Below, one piece after another: positions 46,929 to 56,159 of a stretch of 64,000 nt of DNA. The DNA is taken from IMG/VR virus record IMGVR_UViG_3300037042_006682, positions 97,209 through 161,208 of that record. One strand, 5' to 3'. The notes under the pieces were generated by a model, which was given only the letters and a program-made list of their open reading frames with translations, had not been told where the DNA came from and ran no database searches. A program made the translations under genes and the position numbers. The DNA is from a virus. The number at the start of each line of letters is the position of its first letter. Positions within the stretch are counted from its first letter, which is position 1.

Positions 46929-47985
46929 TAAACACCATACTCGTGCCATCGCTTCCCAAGAGCAGATCTCCGTGCGTGAACAAGCCCATATCAGAAAGCG
47001 TAGATGGCACATAAAAATAGGGCGCCAAGGATCCTTGGTTCGTCAACCCTCCACCCGTACCAGACCGATCCCTGAAAACATAAGAGATGAAATACAAATC
47101 AAACATCTGACCCAAAATACCTAAAACAGTCGCATGCCGCGAATAAGGGATCACTTGTGAAACACAAATCGAACCATCATGAAACACTCGGTTGCCCAAT
47201 ATACTATTGCTTTGCAGCGGACTCATCATGCTCACGGGTAAAGCCGCACCATGATAACACCGCGCAACCCCCAGCGCCGTCGGCGTTGAACACCAATAAT
47301 AGCTATCTGGTATTCGTCCACCGTGTGTATCTGTGCCCATCCAATTCCACACCGTCCCCGTTGTCCCCGATGGATACATGATCACGATATAGGGCACTGT
47401 GAGCCAAGGCGTCGGATCCTGGAGCTTCTCAAAAAACCATGGACCACATGACCCCACAAAACTACCAGTGCTATTGTGAAACAAGACCCGCGTGCACTCC
47501 CCGTCGGACGACGTGAGCACAATCGCACTGAGGGTCGACGTGGTCACATTGCAATAATCAAGATTCGTCAGCAAGGTTTGCTCGCTGCCCACCGCCGTGG
47601 GGCGCGTAGTCAACATGCCGTTGCTGTTGTATCCCTGGTGCGTAACGTACGCGCACATGTACTGCTTGTTCGTCGCCGTCGTATTAATCCACTCGAAGCA
47701 CACCGCAAAGTCTGGCGCAATGGCGGGATTCTTAAGCACGATCCACGAGTGCGCGGTTCCCGCCGCCGCGCAGTAGATGTCCGCTGGCACCTGGAGGTAA
47801 TCGGTCAGCAACCCCACTGAAACACGATTGCTCGACGCGACCACGGACCAGTATCCCGTCGCCACCATCGCGTTCTTGACACCAATGAAGGTCCGCGCCC
47901 ATACGTCCCCAATCGTCGGCGCCGTGGTTCCGACAAAGGGACTCAACCGCACCGACGCCCACGTCTTAACTAAGGTGATCGCCAT
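46921..47985 (-). CDS. Paralog 2 of the ~330-aa family (low GC)
   Basis: MAITLVKTW..WSVVASSN..HSWIVL..RPTA..GDLLLGSDG. Confidence 0.8.
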   Translation of the reverse strand: MAITLVKTWASVRLSPFVGTTAPTIGDVWARTFIGVKNAMVATGYWSVVASSNRVSVGLLTDYLQVPADIYCAAAGTAHSWIVLKNPAIAPDFAVCFEWINTTATNKQYMCAYVTHQGYNSNGMLTTRPTAVGSEQTLLTNLDYCNVTTSTLSAIVLTSSDGECTRVLFHNSTGSFVGSCGPWFFEKLQDPTPWLTVPYIVIMYPSGTTGTVWNWMGTDTHGGRIPDSYYWCSTPTALGVARCYHGAALPVSMMSPLQSNSILGNRVFHDGSICVSQVIPYSRHATVLGILGQMFDLYFISYVFRDRSGTGGGLTNQGSLAPYFYVPSTLSDMGLFTHGDLLLGSDGTSMVFNG

Positions 47986-48999
47986 TTAACACACCTTTAC
48001 GATGCCGTTGGGAGCCCCCGTGGCCATGCACCCCATACGAATCAACCCTACTGGATTGCCAACGGTGGCATACCGAAAACAAGCAGCATGCGTACAGGGA
48101 GCGGAGTACAAATCTACCGCTCTGCCTAAGACCCCCACGACACCGTTGGTATATCCCTCGTAAAAAATGGGATACAACAACGACGCCCCATTCGCGGATA
48201 CCCCACTGGCCATCGGCGTCCACCCCACCCATCGCGTATCCCCCATCATCGAACTCATCAACAAATTGATCATCCGGGATTCTACGACCGCCACACATCC
48301 ACGATACGACTGAGCTGGATTATATGTCCACCCGCCCCCCCCTGACATCACGCCGCTTACAGCCGCAAACGCGGCAAGGACAAAGGGATCGGTCCACACC
48401 GCGTGCACATTGGCCGGTCGCTCAAGCGTAATGACCGCACCGCCGTAGGAGGAAAAAAACCCGAAATCATCCCCGCAACTCCCACAATGCGTATTGAAAA
48501 AACGAAAACACTGGCTATCCGACGAATACAACAAGGTCGTCCCCGTACAATCTAGGACGACATCCACAAAATTGACATTGTCACGCACCGCCTCGACCCC
48601 ATTGGCCGTCGGACTCAACATGCGCGTCCCATTCATGGCATAGCCCTGCGCACACGCCCCAAACCGCGCATTGATACTATCCACCTGGCTGGTCGTCGGC
48701 CCGCGATCCAAAATCACCGAAAATCCCGGCATAAACGCCGCATTCTGCAACACCACCCATGAATGTGGTGTTCCCGCGATCCCATAAATCACATCCGACA
48801 CGCTGAGCCAGTAATCCCCTGCCCCCGTCCCCAGCACCGTCCCGTTGCTACTTTGCACTACCGACCATCCCGCCGACACCAACATCCGCTTCATGTTCAA
48901 CAACGTCGCTGCCGTACGCAGCAAAGTGGTTGTATGCGTCACCCAATCCGTCGGGATGGCCGCCGCAAGCCAGGTCTTCTTCAACGTGATCTGAGGCAC
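47986..48999 (-). CDS. Paralog 1 of the ~330-aa family (low GC)
   Basis: MPQITLKKTW..GWSVVQSSNG..HSWVVL. Confidence 0.8.
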   Translation of the reverse strand: MPQITLKKTWLAAAIPTDWVTHTTTLLRTAATLLNMKRMLVSAGWSVVQSSNGTVLGTGAGDYWLSVSDVIYGIAGTPHSWVVLQNAAFMPGFSVILDRGPTTSQVDSINARFGACAQGYAMNGTRMLSPTANGVEAVRDNVNFVDVVLDCTGTTLLYSSDSQCFRFFNTHCGSCGDDFGFFSSYGGAVITLERPANVHAVWTDPFVLAAFAAVSGVMSGGGGWTYNPAQSYRGCVAVVESRMINLLMSSMMGDTRWVGWTPMASGVSANGASLLYPIFYEGYTNGVVGVLGRAVDLYSAPCTHAACFRYATVGNPVGLIRMGCMATGAPNGIVKVC

Positions 49000-49008
49000 C
49001 GCACCCTC

Positions 49009-50652
49009 CTACTTGTTGTAGACCGCCCACCCGATCGCCAACCCCGCCTGGCCCGTCACGGTCACGCGCATGGTGTCATCCCCATCGTTGATCGCCAACG
49101 CGATGTCCCAGTCCGCCGTGCCCCCGCTGGCGTCCGTCTGGTCGACCACGGTGTAGATCGGCGTCACGCGCACCCACGACGACACCCCTGTGAGCGTCCG
49201 CGTCGCCACCGCCCGAATCTCCCACACCTTGGTCTTGTCGGTGATCGCCTCGCGGGCCACCGCCGTCAGCGCAAACGAGGTCACGGAGTTGCCGGTCAGC
49301 GCGTACCGCGTCGAGGACACCCCGCCGAGGAAGATCTCCGTCGGCGTGTTGCTCCCCGTGACGCCCGACCAGCAGAGGGACCCCGCGCCGATGTACGCCT
49401 TGTTGATCGCGTCGATGAGCGAGCTGCACGCGAAGATGAAGTCCAGGACCCCCGTGTTCGTCATCGGTAGGTTCGTCACTGGCCCGAACCCGCCCGTGTA
49501 GCGCCCATCCTCGAGCGTCATCTCGCCGTCGGCCTTGAGCGAAAGGTCTCCCCCTGCCGTCACATCAATCGCCGCGTCGGCAGCGATATTCATCGCCGCA
49601 CCCGACGTGAGGTCTAAGTCACCGGACGAGGTGGACAGATCTAACGTCGTCCCAGCCGAGACGCCGATCGCCCCCGAAGCTGCCGTGACGTTGATCCCCC
49701 CGCCCGCCGCCGTGAGATCAAGCACCCCATCCGAATAGATGTCCCGACTACCCGTGCCGCCCATCTCGAGCGCGTGCCCATCGGCATCGTTGTTCGTGAC
49801 CGTGACGGGCGCCCCACCGTCGGGGATCACGATCTCGTGGCCCAGGTCATACGCTTCCTGGAGCGACCCGCCGCCCCGCTGGAGCTTCCAGCGCCAATGC
49901 AGCAAGTCGGGGTCGTTCAGGAAGACCGCGTCCAGGAAGTCCCCCCGCACGTAGGCCGCCCAGCCCTCGACCGCGTGCTCGTGCTCCCATGCGGTGCCCG
50001 TCCACTCCACGATGTCGTTGACCAGGGCGCCCACCCCCCACCCCGCATGCACGGGGGCCGCCGCGTAATCGAGGATGTACCGATCCCCCACCGTGGGGCC
50101 CACCGGCGGCGGCGCCGTGGGGTCCACGATGGCCAGCACGCGGGGGCGCCGCACGCTGACCTCGCCCCCGCCCCCGCCCGCGAAGGCGAAGAGCTGGCGC
50201 GTCTCCCCCGGCGCGAGGACGCTCGCGTTCCACCACGCGATGCTGTAGTCGTCGCGCACGCAGCCCAACACGCGGTAGTCGGGGTTGACCGGCACGCCGT
50301 TCTGCCACAGCTCCAGGGCCGTCTCCGCGCTCGCCTTGGCCCCGCTCGTCACGCGGGCCACCACCATCCACGCCGGCGTCAGCGCCAGGGGCGTCGCGTG
50401 CGCGATCGTCAGGTAGCTCTGGAAGGTGCGGCTCGCCACCACGCAGGGGCCCAGCAGGCGCAACTGGTAGCCGCCCCCCGCGGCCTCCACCGTCGCCTCG
50501 GGCAGGGCCACGAAGGCCCAGGCGTTGCCCTCCATGACCCCCAGGAAGGTCGTGTCGATGCTCAGCGCGAAGTCCTGGAAGGTCTCCCACCAGCTCTGCG
50601 CCGTGTCCGTGGGGTAGGGCAGCTTGAACCGTGGGGTCTCCTGGCGTGACAT
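49009..50652 (-). CDS. Fibre protein: shared N-terminal domain, DUF2793-like module, beta-rich shaft
   Basis: RQETPRFKLPYP; PPxxPxxGDRYI..W..NDIVEWxGxxW..GW. Confidence 0.75.
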   Translation of the reverse strand: MSRQETPRFKLPYPTDTAQSWWETFQDFALSIDTTFLGVMEGNAWAFVALPEATVEAAGGGYQLRLLGPCVVASRTFQSYLTIAHATPLALTPAWMVVARVTSGAKASAETALELWQNGVPVNPDYRVLGCVRDDYSIAWWNASVLAPGETRQLFAFAGGGGGEVSVRRPRVLAIVDPTAPPPVGPTVGDRYILDYAAAPVHAGWGVGALVNDIVEWTGTAWEHEHAVEGWAAYVRGDFLDAVFLNDPDLLHWRWKLQRGGGSLQEAYDLGHEIVIPDGGAPVTVTNNDADGHALEMGGTGSRDIYSDGVLDLTAAGGGINVTAASGAIGVSAGTTLDLSTSSGDLDLTSGAAMNIAADAAIDVTAGGDLSLKADGEMTLEDGRYTGGFGPVTNLPMTNTGVLDFIFACSSLIDAINKAYIGAGSLCWSGVTGSNTPTEIFLGGVSSTRYALTGNSVTSFALTAVAREAITDKTKVWEIRAVATRTLTGVSSWVRVTPIYTVVDQTDASGGTADWDIALAINDGDDTMRVTVTGQAGLAIGWAVYNK

Positions 50653-52779
50653 TTACTTGATCTCGCTGAGCGCGAGCGTCCCGCGCTTGATGATGTAGCT
50701 CGCCGGGGTCATCACGTTGCCGTCCACGTCCACGAAGCCCTCGTGGCCCGGCGCCGCCAGCGTCACGTTCGCGTAATCCATGCCCTTCGTCGCCGCCTTG
50801 ATGGTGTCGTGCACGGTCTGCTTGTAGAGGGGCTGGTTGAAGTCGCGCCCCCGCAGGACCTCCAGCAGCGCCTGCTCGATGTCCGCGAGCACCTCGGCCG
50901 CCACGTAGCTCGGCAGCACCTTGACCGCCACCGCCACGTCCACCGGCACGAGCATCGCGCTGCCGTCCGTCACCTGCACGAGCTGCGTGACCTCCTTGAT
51001 CCCGTCGATGTAGGCCTGCATCCCGTAGATGAGGCCCGCCGCCGGCGCCACGTAGTCCCCGTCCCCGTTCACGCTCACGATGGGGACCTGCACGTAGTTC
51101 GCCTTGCAGTCCGCATCGAACAGCGTCGAGAGGTGCGCTTGGAGGTCGACGAGCACTGCGAGGATGTCCGCCTGGAGCTGCGCCGCGCTCCCCGGCAGGG
51201 GCGCGATGGCCTCGGCCGCGTTGCCCACCGCCGTCACGGCCGTGCCCGCGAGGCCCAGCAGCGTGGTCAGGTACTGCGCCATCGTGACCTGGCCCTCGCC
51301 CGTTGGCGTGAGCAGCTGCTGCATGGCGAACCCATAACCGTCGAGCTTGGTCGCCGCCGCCCCGCCGTTGCTGAGGCTCGTGCTGATCGTGCCCCCCTGC
51401 GCCGCCAGCGTCCGCGAGTAGTTCGCCAGCGTCGTGTCGCTGGGGTAGGTGGCCTTGATGTAGTTGTCGAGGTCCGTCAGCGTCGTGCCCATCGCCTTAT
51501 AGGCCGCGTCCCCCGTCGTCATCTCCACCTGGAGCTGCTGCGCCACCGCCCGCACGTTGGCCGCCTGGACCTCCAGGGCGCTCTTCAAGAACCCCATCTC
51601 GGCGAGAAGCACCTGCATCTCCGCGAGAATGCCCTGCGCCGTGACGATGTCCGCCGCCGCCGCCGCCTCGGCCGGGGCCACGAGCAGCAGGTAGTTCGCC
51701 AGATAGCCATCGATCCGCTCGCACTCCCCGACCAGGATCGCGTCCTCCTCGGAGGCCCGCACGTTGATCGCGTAGCCCTTCGCCACGCGCCCGTAGAGGG
51801 GGTCGGAGAACCCGTTGACCTGCGCCTGGTAGTCGGTCTGCGTGATGGCCGCCCCGCGCGCCGCAAAGGCGTAGGGGGCCAGCTTGCGGGCCTCATCTGG
51901 GGTCTCGGGGTCCGCCCCGCCGCTCGCCCCCAGCGGGTTCGTGCAGGCGATCTTGATGGCCGCCCCGCCGACGCTCAGCACGTCGGTCGCGCTCGCCACC
52001 GTGCCCGCCGCGGCCCGCCCCGTGGCCCCGTGGATCAGCGTGTACTGGATCTTCACATCCGACCCGGCCTCGGGGATGTTCCCCGCCACGCCATCCCCGC
52101 ACGCCACGGCCGGGGGGTCGTAGAGGTAGTCCACCTCGTACTGGTTCGTCTGCGCAAAATCGAGGAAGTCGTTCTCGGCCCACTCCGCGCCGTCGATCCA
52201 CACGCGCACGCTCCCCTGCGCGACCCAGATCCCGTTCGCGGGGTCCCCGCCCTGCATGCGGAAGCGCTGGTTCTGCGTCCCATCCCCCGTGTAGCCCACG
52301 GTCCGCGTGGTGCCCTCGCGGCACGCCACGGTGATCGTCGCGGTGCCCGGCGCGAGGAAGGTCGGCGCCACGGTCTCGAAGACCAACCCCGATGGCCCCG
52401 CAAAGCGGAACCCCGCCTGGAGCTGCGCGGGCGCCGGGATCGCCGGGGTGAACGTCAGGTCGAGATCGACCGTCGCCGCCGCCGCGGGCCGCATCTTGTA
52501 GCCGACCTGCTTGACCAGCTTGGCCACCGCGGAGTGCGTGCGCGCCGTGTCGAGGTAGCAGTCGCTCGCCACGCGGTCCATGTACCAGCAGAGCTGCCCC
52601 ACCGCGTTCGCCACGAGGTCGATGAGCATGATGCCCACGCTCGTCGAGGCGTAGTCGTTGTAGTCGCTCACGTATTCGACCTTGAGCCGCCGCAGCAGGC
52701 TGTCGAAGATCGAGGCGTAGTCCTTCGCCGCAAACTTTACGGCGTTCAGAGGCTTGCGGTCCGCTACGGGGACTCCCAT
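50653..52779 (-). CDS. Baseplate J / T4 gp6-like wedge protein with a long helical insertion
   Basis: KDYASI..LIDLVA..D..YLDTA..GYK; GDGxxGxIP; ASGGADPET..AITQTDY. Confidence 0.9.
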   Translation of the reverse strand: MGVPVADRKPLNAVKFAAKDYASIFDSLLRRLKVEYVSDYNDYASTSVGIMLIDLVANAVGQLCWYMDRVASDCYLDTARTHSAVAKLVKQVGYKMRPAAAATVDLDLTFTPAIPAPAQLQAGFRFAGPSGLVFETVAPTFLAPGTATITVACREGTTRTVGYTGDGTQNQRFRMQGGDPANGIWVAQGSVRVWIDGAEWAENDFLDFAQTNQYEVDYLYDPPAVACGDGVAGNIPEAGSDVKIQYTLIHGATGRAAAGTVASATDVLSVGGAAIKIACTNPLGASGGADPETPDEARKLAPYAFAARGAAITQTDYQAQVNGFSDPLYGRVAKGYAINVRASEEDAILVGECERIDGYLANYLLLVAPAEAAAAADIVTAQGILAEMQVLLAEMGFLKSALEVQAANVRAVAQQLQVEMTTGDAAYKAMGTTLTDLDNYIKATYPSDTTLANYSRTLAAQGGTISTSLSNGGAAATKLDGYGFAMQQLLTPTGEGQVTMAQYLTTLLGLAGTAVTAVGNAAEAIAPLPGSAAQLQADILAVLVDLQAHLSTLFDADCKANYVQVPIVSVNGDGDYVAPAAGLIYGMQAYIDGIKEVTQLVQVTDGSAMLVPVDVAVAVKVLPSYVAAEVLADIEQALLEVLRGRDFNQPLYKQTVHDTIKAATKGMDYANVTLAAPGHEGFVDVDGNVMTPASYIIKRGTLALSEIK

Positions 52780-52792
52780 CGTTAGCTCCTTC

Positions 52793-53209
52793 TCACGGCC
52801 CGGTCGGGGCGCCCTGGATCGGCACCTGCTGCTGGTACACCTGGTTGTTGATCCGGTACACCACGTCGAGCACGATCGCCGTGTCCTCCAGGCCCACGTC
52901 CTTGCCTGTCCGCGCCTCGACTGACAATACCTCAGCGCGGGGCTCGAACAAAGCGATGGCCCGCGCCGTCACGGCCCCCACGCGCGCCTGCGTGAGCGGA
53001 TCGAGGTTGTCAAAGACGAACGCCTGCACGCTCGTCCCGAGGGCCCCGCGCATCACGCGCTCCCCCACGCTCGTCGTCATGAGCGCCTTGATCGAGTTGA
53101 AGACCACGGCGTCCAGCCCCTGCACCATCATCGGGAAGGCCTGGCTCCCCACCCGGAAGGGGTACGCGATGCTCCGCAGCACCATCGGCGTCGTCGTCGG
53201 CACCGGCAT
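52793..53209 (-). CDS. gp25/GpW-like baseplate wedge protein
   Basis: IAYPF..SIKALMTTSVGERVMR..GT..FVFD..AIALFEPRA. Confidence 0.9.
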   Translation of the reverse strand: MPVPTTTPMVLRSIAYPFRVGSQAFPMMVQGLDAVVFNSIKALMTTSVGERVMRGALGTSVQAFVFDNLDPLTQARVGAVTARAIALFEPRAEVLSVEARTGKDVGLEDTAIVLDVVYRINNQVYQQQVPIQGAPTGP

Positions 53210-53367
53210 CAGACGGCCGCCTCGTCGGGGTCATCCAGGGGGCACGCCGGCAGCTTGGGCAGCTCCGGGATCTTGGGCAGCGCCGGGAGGTCGAAGGGGA
53301 GCCCCGGCATCGGGATCGCCAGCGCCGGCAGCGCCGGCAGGGGCGGGATCTTGCACTTGGTCGCCAT
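53209..53367 (-). CDS. 52-aa Pro/Leu-rich protein (not in the ORF track)
   Basis: GAGGAGG RBS; MATKCKIPPLPALPALAIPMPGLPFDLPALPKIPELPKLPACPLD...; TGATG overlap with gp25. Confidence 0.75.
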   Translation of the reverse strand: MATKCKIPPLPALPALAIPMPGLPFDLPALPKIPELPKLPACPLDDPDEAAV

Positions 53368-53379
53368 CGTCGTCCTCCT

Positions 53380-53398
53380 CGCGCATGCGCATACGCAG
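53380..53398. promoter_or_regulatory. YR motif CGCGCATGCGCATACGCAG
   Basis: Intergenic, abutting the RBS. Confidence 0.8.
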
Positions 53399-53403
53399 CG
53401 CCG

Positions 53404-54372
53404 TCACCCGATCGATACCACCTCGGACAGCTCCTTGTAGAGCATCGGCGGGGGGGTCGGCCCCGGCGTGCTGGGGGCCCCCGGCGCCGCACACATGTGC
53501 TGGTGGATCATCGACCACGCCAGGAACTTCATGCCCCGCACCGCGGGCTCGAACACCGGCCCGGCCCCGAGGCAGACCTTGCCCGCGTTCAGCCACGCCT
53601 TGCCCCCCGCCATCACCGTGGCATCCCCCGGCGCGCTCAGCGTCGCGGCCTTCCCGTCGAGCGCCAGCATGGCCCCACTCTGGTTCGCCAGCGTGATCTT
53701 GTCCTTGCCCAGCGTGAGCCACGCGAGCACCTGGTTGGTGTCGGGGTCCACGTTCATGATCGTGACGCTCGCGTTCTTCGCGTCGATCGCGAGGTGCGTG
53801 CCGCTCTCCGCCATGAGGAGGATCCCGCCGTCCTTGTCCAGCGTGATCACGCTCCCGCTCTCCACCCCGCTGCCGTCGCCCTTGGCCAGCGTGATGTGCA
53901 GGTCCTCGGGCTTGTCGCCGAACCGCAGGTAGTGCCCCGCAGGCGTCTTGAACCCCTTGCGGAAGGCCTCCCCGCTCGCTGTCAGGGCCGTCCCCGCGGC
54001 GTCCTTGGGCAGCCACCCCCCGAGGTACACGGGCACCGTCATGTCCCCGTGCTCGAACATCACCCACACGGCGTCCCCCACCTCGGGCGGCACGAAGAGG
54101 CCGTGCATCTGCCCCGCCGCCCCCTTCGCGAGCCCCGGCCAGCAGGGGAGCGCCCAGTAGCCCTTCGGCACCTCGGCCTCCGTCGCCATGCCCAGCGCCG
54201 GCACCTGGATGCGGCAGCGCCCCCGCTTCTCCTCGTCCTTGTTGTCGACGACGAGCCCCGTGTAGAGCCCGTAATAGCGGTTCGCGTGGTTCTCCAGGCC
54301 GTCCGCGTGGATCGCGTCCATCACGTAGCCCGCGGGGTCGTTCTTGCGGCGGCTGTCGGAGAGGTCGAACAT
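53404..54372 (-). CDS. Baseplate central spike (gp5/GpV/Vgr OB-fold)
   Basis: YYGLYTGLVVDNKD..RGRCRIQVP..WALP..PEVGDAVWVMFEHGD..PVYLG; C-terminal HQH. Confidence 0.92.
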   Translation of the reverse strand: MFDLSDSRRKNDPAGYVMDAIHADGLENHANRYYGLYTGLVVDNKDEEKRGRCRIQVPALGMATEAEVPKGYWALPCWPGLAKGAAGQMHGLFVPPEVGDAVWVMFEHGDMTVPVYLGGWLPKDAAGTALTASGEAFRKGFKTPAGHYLRFGDKPEDLHITLAKGDGSGVESGSVITLDKDGGILLMAESGTHLAIDAKNASVTIMNVDPDTNQVLAWLTLGKDKITLANQSGAMLALDGKAATLSAPGDATVMAGGKAWLNAGKVCLGAGPVFEPAVRGMKFLAWSMIHQHMCAAPGAPSTPGPTPPPMLYKELSEVVSIG

Positions 54373-54375
54373 CGT

Positions 54376-55788
54376 TCAGGCCTCCTTCATGGGCTGCGCC
54401 TGGGTCTGCGTCTGCGCCAGGTTGCTCGTCTGCGTGGAGCCCCACTTCACCAGCTCCAGCACCGTCTTCCAATCCCCCGGCGCGTAGTTGTGCGTGACCT
54501 TCCGCACCTGGTAAGTCGAATTCATCATCGAGCTGCACCCCGCCACCGTCACGGGCATCCCCGGCTGCACACTGGGCAGCCCCAGGGTCGTCACCGTAAG
54601 CACGATCGCCATGCGGTCCGCGGCCCCCACGCCCTGCGCCGCTAGCTCCGCCTGCGCCTTGGCCTTCTCCGCCCCGCTCGGCGCCGCCACGGCCCGCTTA
54701 GCGGGCACCCCCTTCTTACCACCAGGGTCGATCTTCGCATCGGCCTGCACCTCGCCGCGCTTGTCGTCCTGCGCCTCAGAGGCCACCGCGCTGCCCTTGG
54801 GGTCGGCCGGGCGCTCCATGTCCTTGGGCCACACCCACAAGGGATCCAGGACGATCCCCGTGTCCTTCTCGATCACCACCGCGCGCACCCCCGCCGTGGC
54901 CCCCGGCACGGGCACCGCATCCCACTTGCGGCCCTCCGCCCACATCGCGGCCCCCCCACTGAACGACACGTCCAAGATCGGGTACTGCGGGGGATCCGAC
55001 GAGGGATCAAAGAGCCCCCGCAGCACCAGCGCATACATCGGGGTCTGCGTCGCCGCATAGCCCTTGGGGTAATAAAAGACCGCCGGCTTGAACGTGCTCA
55101 CCGTCGCAATCGCGTTGCCGAAGTGAAAGTCCAGGTTGGCCATGCTGAGGATCCGCCGGATCGTCACCATGTGCGCCGTGGTCCCCGCCACGCCATAGGC
55201 CACTGACTCCAAGTCCTTGCCCCCCGCCTTCATCTGCTTCGACATCTCCTCCAGCTTTGCCGCCCCATCCCCCAACGGCACCATCGTGTAGCCGATCGCC
55301 CGTGCCGCCTCCTCCAGGATCTGCTTGGCGGAGTCCCCAAACATCCCGTCATCGGCCTTCACGTACGCGGCCTGCCGTGCATCCTGGTAGTTCGCCGTCA
55401 GGGACCCGCTCAGCTTGTCGCTGCTCAGCGCGAGCCCGTCCCCGCCCTTGCCCAGGAACCCCCCATAGTCGGCGGTCACCTCGGTAGCCGTCCCCGCGAG
55501 GTACCCCATGCGCGCCCGCACCTCGTTCAGCATGTCAAAGGCGCCCTGCTCCAGCAGGTAGATGCCCTCCTGGTAGGGGGCCTCAATGCCGATCGTGAGC
55601 CCCTCGTGCGTCCCCTCAAGGTCCTGCGTCACGCTCACCGAGGTCACGAAGGGGCCGCCCATCACGGCGTCGCTCGACGGGGCGTTCCCCGTGGGCCAGC
55701 GCCCCACGTCAAAGACCCACTCCTTGCCCGCCTTGTTGCGGATCTCCACCTGCGCGAAGGGGGCAAAGAAGTCTGCACTCCCCGCCAT
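54376..55788 (-). CDS. Baseplate hub (late control D / gp27-like)
   Basis: Position; GLPSVQPG..V.G..YQVRKVTH..WKTVLELV. Confidence 0.8.
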   Translation of the reverse strand: MAGSADFFAPFAQVEIRNKAGKEWVFDVGRWPTGNAPSSDAVMGGPFVTSVSVTQDLEGTHEGLTIGIEAPYQEGIYLLEQGAFDMLNEVRARMGYLAGTATEVTADYGGFLGKGGDGLALSSDKLSGSLTANYQDARQAAYVKADDGMFGDSAKQILEEAARAIGYTMVPLGDGAAKLEEMSKQMKAGGKDLESVAYGVAGTTAHMVTIRRILSMANLDFHFGNAIATVSTFKPAVFYYPKGYAATQTPMYALVLRGLFDPSSDPPQYPILDVSFSGGAAMWAEGRKWDAVPVPGATAGVRAVVIEKDTGIVLDPLWVWPKDMERPADPKGSAVASEAQDDKRGEVQADAKIDPGGKKGVPAKRAVAAPSGAEKAKAQAELAAQGVGAADRMAIVLTVTTLGLPSVQPGMPVTVAGCSSMMNSTYQVRKVTHNYAPGDWKTVLELVKWGSTQTSNLAQTQTQAQPMKEA

Positions 55789-56151
55789 CTAGCGCCCCCC
55801 CAGGATCCGGTTGCGCACGTAGTCCGCCGCCGGCACGTAGAGCGTCATTCCCGGATAGATCTCGTTGTCCGGCAGGTCGAGCCCGTTGCGCAGGGCGAGC
55901 ACCCACCACAGGGCCTCGTCCTGGTAGTACTCCAGCGCGATCTGGTCTAGCCGCTTGGCGCGCCCCTCGATCACCACCGCCGACTCGTGGTTGGCCACGT
56001 CCGGCAGCGCGGGGGGCTCGAACGGCGTGTAGAACCGCACGTAGGCGTCCGCCTCGCTGTCGAACACGTACTCCTCGGCCATGCGGCGCATGGGCGAGGA
56101 GACCGGCGCCTGGAGCGTCCGCAGCGTGTTGCCCTTCCCGAGATCCGCCAT
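55789..56151 (-). CDS. LysM-like / tail X baseplate protein
   Basis: RLDQIALEYYQD..LWWVLALRN..IYPGMTLYVP. Confidence 0.85.
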   Translation of the reverse strand: MADLGKGNTLRTLQAPVSSPMRRMAEEYVFDSEADAYVRFYTPFEPPALPDVANHESAVVIEGRAKRLDQIALEYYQDEALWWVLALRNGLDLPDNEIYPGMTLYVPAADYVRNRILGGR

Positions 56152-56159
56152 CGCCTACC

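Noticed and set aside
40481-48999. Diversity-generating retroelement or invertible shufflon behind the paralogs
   Set aside because: No reverse transcriptase, invertase, adenine-specific TR/VR pair or inverted cassette was seen; all paralogs are full-length and co-oriented
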